Made by a program: the position numbers and the translations under genes. From NCBI GenBank assembly GCA_951406725.2, contig OX597814.1, forward strand, positions 132,432,001 to 132,496,000: a DNA stretch of 64,000 nt, in the 5' to 3' direction. Source of the DNA: Octopus vulgaris. Its lineage: Eukaryota. Under the pieces are notes generated by a model, which had not been told where the DNA came from, did no database searches, and saw nothing but the letters and a program-made list of their open reading frames with translations. Positions 60,204-64,000 of this stretch are shown piece by piece; positions within the stretch are counted from its first letter, which is position 1, and each line of letters opens with the position of its first letter.

Positions 60204-60225
60204 TAATGTGAAGGATCTGGTATTA

Positions 60226-60985
60226 AGTGTCCAGCAATTTCCGACCTGTGGGCTTATGTCGAGTTACTGCTGTCACGTGTGGGACGTGTCGGTTTATCAG
60301 CTGAGTCTGTCGTTAATATCGTCACGCCTCCTTCCTTCAAACGGGAAGGAAGAGCTATTTTTATCATACTTGTGGCTATGGCGAAAGAATGTATCTGGTG
60401 GATGCGCCTGAAAGGATTAGAGACAAACACTTTCCTCTCTGGTCAATCTCTCATCAACTTCTTCAAATATCACTTGAAGAGGAAAGTGAGAGTAGAGAGG
60501 CAAGTTTTGTCTAGTGAATGTTTTAAAAAAGATGGGTGAATGTAGCAAGGATGGCACGTATGAATAACGAAGCCACCTTGACTTTGATTCTATGAAGCGT
60601 AAACATTAATACAGAGAGTTGCTTATTTGCAAAAAAAAATAAAAGAAAGAAATATAACATGTAACTTCATTGACCGAGGTTACCGTGGTCTTTTCCGTAG
60701 GCTTTTCTTTCCACGGGTAAACCTCACCTGTCCTCCCTTTACACTTTATATTGACATTTCTGTGATTACGATCCCTATTGATCAACTTTTTTTTCCCTCT
60801 CCCCTTTCCTTTTTTTTCCCCTCTCCCCCTTTCTTTTAAAAAACCTCCCCTTTTTTGTCCTCTTTCTTTCCTTTTACGATCCCTTTTGATCAAAAACCAA
60901 CCCCCTTTTTTATACCCCAAAAGAAAAGCTCTACCTTGTAATTTGTTCTGTCTGTGTGCAGCCCTGTGTGGCTAATAAATAAACA
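60226..60985 (+). mobile_element. L1/Tx1-type LINE 3' end, further truncated by a deletion
   Basis: Matches 39810-40568; ends AATAAA...(TATC)n. Confidence 0.85.
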
Positions 60986-61055
<70 letters not shown>

Positions 61056-61149
61056 GCTATCTATCTATCTCTCTCTATCTATCTATCTATCTATCTATCT
61101 GTCTGTCTGTCTATCTATCTATTTATATATCTATCTATCTATCTATCTA

Positions 61150-61226
<77 letters not shown>

Positions 61227-61228
61227 AG

Positions 61229-61609
61229 GGAGGTGCAATGGCCCAGTGGTTAGGGCAGATGACTCGCGGTCGTAGGATCGCGGTTTCGATACCCAGACCG
61301 GGCGTTGTGAGTGTTTATTGAGCGAAAACACCTAAAAACTCCACGAGGCTCCGGCAGGTATGGTGGTGATCCCTTCTGTACTCTTTCACCACAACTTTTT
61401 CTCACTCTTACTTCCTGTTTCTGTTGTACCTGTATTTCAAAGGGCCGGCCTTTCACTCTCTGTGTCACGCTGAATATCCTCGAGAACTACGTTAAGGGTA
61501 CACGTGTCTGTGGAGTGCTCAGCCACTTACACGTTAATTTCACGAGCAGGTTGTTCCGTTGATCGGATCAACCGGAATCCTCGTTGTCGTAACCGACGGA
61601 GTGCTTCCA
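61229..61609 (+). mobile_element. tRNA-derived SINE, unit 3 copy
   Basis: Paralog of 21389-21739. Confidence 0.75.
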
Positions 61610-61623
61610 TATATATATATATA

Positions 61624-61676
<53 letters not shown>

Positions 61677-61806
61677 GTATATATATACATATATATATAT
61701 ATATGTATATACATATATATATATATATATTGATATATATATAAACATACATACACACACACATATATATACAAATATACATTCCTATACATATACATAT
61801 ATATTT

Positions 61807-61857
<51 letters not shown>

Positions 61858-62639
61858 TATGTAGTCACGTAAATGACCTATGGCCCGAACCATCACCACT
61901 ATTGATTGAGATATGCTTAAAACAACTCAATAGCCACAGACTGACACACTCGTAGCTAGTTTCATGAAAGACACGAAACTGGTTATTCGTATATTTTGGT
62001 TGATAACTGAGGATGGCTCAGTGTCCTTGTTTGTTGTACTATTTTTACGTTTTGTAGTATTCAATGTACGTTTGTGTGCGCGCGCCCGCGTGTGTGTGTG
62101 TGTGAGTGTGTGTGTTATGGGGAAAATATTCTTGAGAAACAAAAACAGAATTCAGCGAAATGCTCCATGGAAAATATATCAACCAATATTAAACTTTCAA
62201 CAGAAAGAAACAAGTAGGTATTTCTTTATAAAAAAATTACTAATATTTCTTAAAAGTATTTACTAAATCGCATTTTGTTGCCCTAATTAAAAATTTGTCA
62301 CATTGAGTTTAAATGTATATAAATACTATGCTACGCACAACTATAGACCTTAAAATGAAAGAGACTGAATTCGGTCAAGAAATTGCCAGTAGATTGAGGT
62401 CATTGCCAATAGTCAATCGCTAATATCAAATCACATTGAATATAATGAAAAATGTTTGCGGAAGAGTTATACAGTATATAGATTGAATGAAGCAAATCCT
62501 ACTGTTTGCTTCAATGTTAGATAAACATTTTTTTATAATGATTGTCATTATATATATAGTCTTTTATATAAGGAGCAGAAGAGTGACGTGTGTTCATATG
62601 AAGACTTGCACTATTCACCTTTGAGAGGGCCGCTGCGTT

Positions 62640-63010
62640 TCAAGGCCAATATAAAGGGTGTTGTTTTTCAAAAGGATAATGAAAGACCGCATGTTTCCTT
62701 GGGAATCACACAAAAATTGCCGCAATCGGCTGGGATGAGGTACACCACTCTCGATATTCACCAGATATTGCTCATTCGGATTTGCACTCATTCAGATCTC
62801 TGCAGAAAAGACTTCATGGTTAAAACTTCAATACCTTGGCCTGAAACCACCTCAGTTCTGGGAGAGCGTATTTTCAAGCTAAAGGAAAGATTGAGAGGCA
62901 TTGTGCAAGAAAATGGTTCATATTTGGTGGATTGAAAATGTAATGGCAAGTATTTATTGAACTTTTATTCCTTTGAAAATCGGCACGTACTTTCTAGGCG
63001 TCCCAATATA
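62640..63010 (+). mobile_element. Mariner 3' remnant, unit 3 copy
   Basis: QKDNERPH and YSPDIAHSD motifs, TIR-like end. Confidence 0.78.
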
Positions 63011-63011
63011 A

Positions 63012-63046
<35 letters not shown>

Positions 63047-63134
63047 TGTATGTATGTATGTATGTATGTATGTATGTATGTATGTATGTATGTATGTATG
63101 TATGTATGTATGTATGTATGTATGTATATATATA

Positions 63135-63185
<51 letters not shown>

Positions 63186-63213
63186 TTGTATATATATATA
63201 TATTTGTATATTT

Positions 63214-63260
<47 letters not shown>

Positions 63261-63324
63261 TTATATATATGTGTATATGCGTTTCTGCATGCATATATAT
63301 ATATATATGTATATATACAAAGAG

Positions 63325-63405
<81 letters not shown>

Positions 63406-63695
63406 CAGATAGTTAGATTGAAAGAAAGATAGATAGATAGATAGATATATAGATATATAGATATATAGATATGCAACAGAAATGATAAATTATATTAAAA
63501 ATAGATTCGGAAAGTTCTTAAGACAATATTTTACTATGCCTATGTTCCTGCGTATTAAGACAAATCACAATGAATCACACCCGCTCAACAGGTAAAAGAG
63601 GAAACAAATCGTATACCATGTCCTGGTTCCTTCAGGCGCTCTGCAATTTATATTGATCACAATATATTTAACTTAATATCTGATCTTTCACATTA

Positions 63696-63812
63696 CCGGA
63701 AGTAAATTTTTCCTTAAATTTGTTAGTTCCTCCCGTTTATATTTATAATTTTTTAGTTTTCATTAATCTTTGTGACATATGGTAATTCCACGGTAAAAAT
63801 ATTATATATAAG
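63696..63812 (+). promoter_or_regulatory. Putative promoter of IL-17 gene 7
   Basis: CCGGAAGT 63696-63703, GGTAATTCC 63781-63789, TATATAAG 63805-63812. Confidence 0.55.
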
Positions 63813-63945
63813 TAATCCCAGAGGAGATGTTATCATCACATGCGAATATCATTTTGATAAACTCGCACGCTCAAGATTTATCTGTAAATACATACATATA
63901 TACTACGATTGTCATCCTTTCCATTCCAAGTGACCATACATTATA

Positions 63946-63960
63946 ATGAATTCCACCAAA
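63946..63960 (+). CDS. IL17: Exon 1 of a seventh IL-17-like gene (MNSTK); the rest lies beyond the window
   Basis: ATGAATTCCACCAAA|GTAAGT at the position paralogous to 3671, 24179 and 43440. Confidence 0.7.
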
Positions 63961-64000
63961 GTAAGTAGACGAACCTTGTTAATATCAACTGTAATATTTA

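Larger units (their letters stand above)
42858..63320. repeat. ~20.5 kb tandem segmental duplication, unit 3
   Basis: Colinear with the other units. Carries a 2.25-kb Dong insertion and a ~1.4-kb deletion. Confidence 0.95.

Overview
This is AT-rich, microsatellite-dense animal genomic DNA. The repeat families and gene content suggest a cephalopod, probably Octopus (inference). The window holds a tandem array of a ~19.3-20.5 kb unit: three full copies (~3047-23490, 23491-42857, 42858-63320) and the start of a fourth. Each unit is an older inverted duplication carrying a tail-to-tail pair of IL-17-like cytokine genes, giving six complete genes plus exon 1 of a seventh. The ORF track misses a 15-nt first coding exon (ATGAATACCACCAAC|GTAAGT), which lies downstream of a conserved ETS-like / kappaB-like / TATA promoter. 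The genes are mosaics consistent with gene conversion between the inverted arms. Other content: L1/Tx1-type LINEs that abut (TATC)n, R4/Dong-type retrotransposons in (TAA)n, a U6 snRNA retrocopy fused to a retroelement tail, tRNA-derived SINEs, a mariner remnant, a copy-specific ~285-bp foldback, and microhomology deletions. All alignments were done by eye; no database searches were run.
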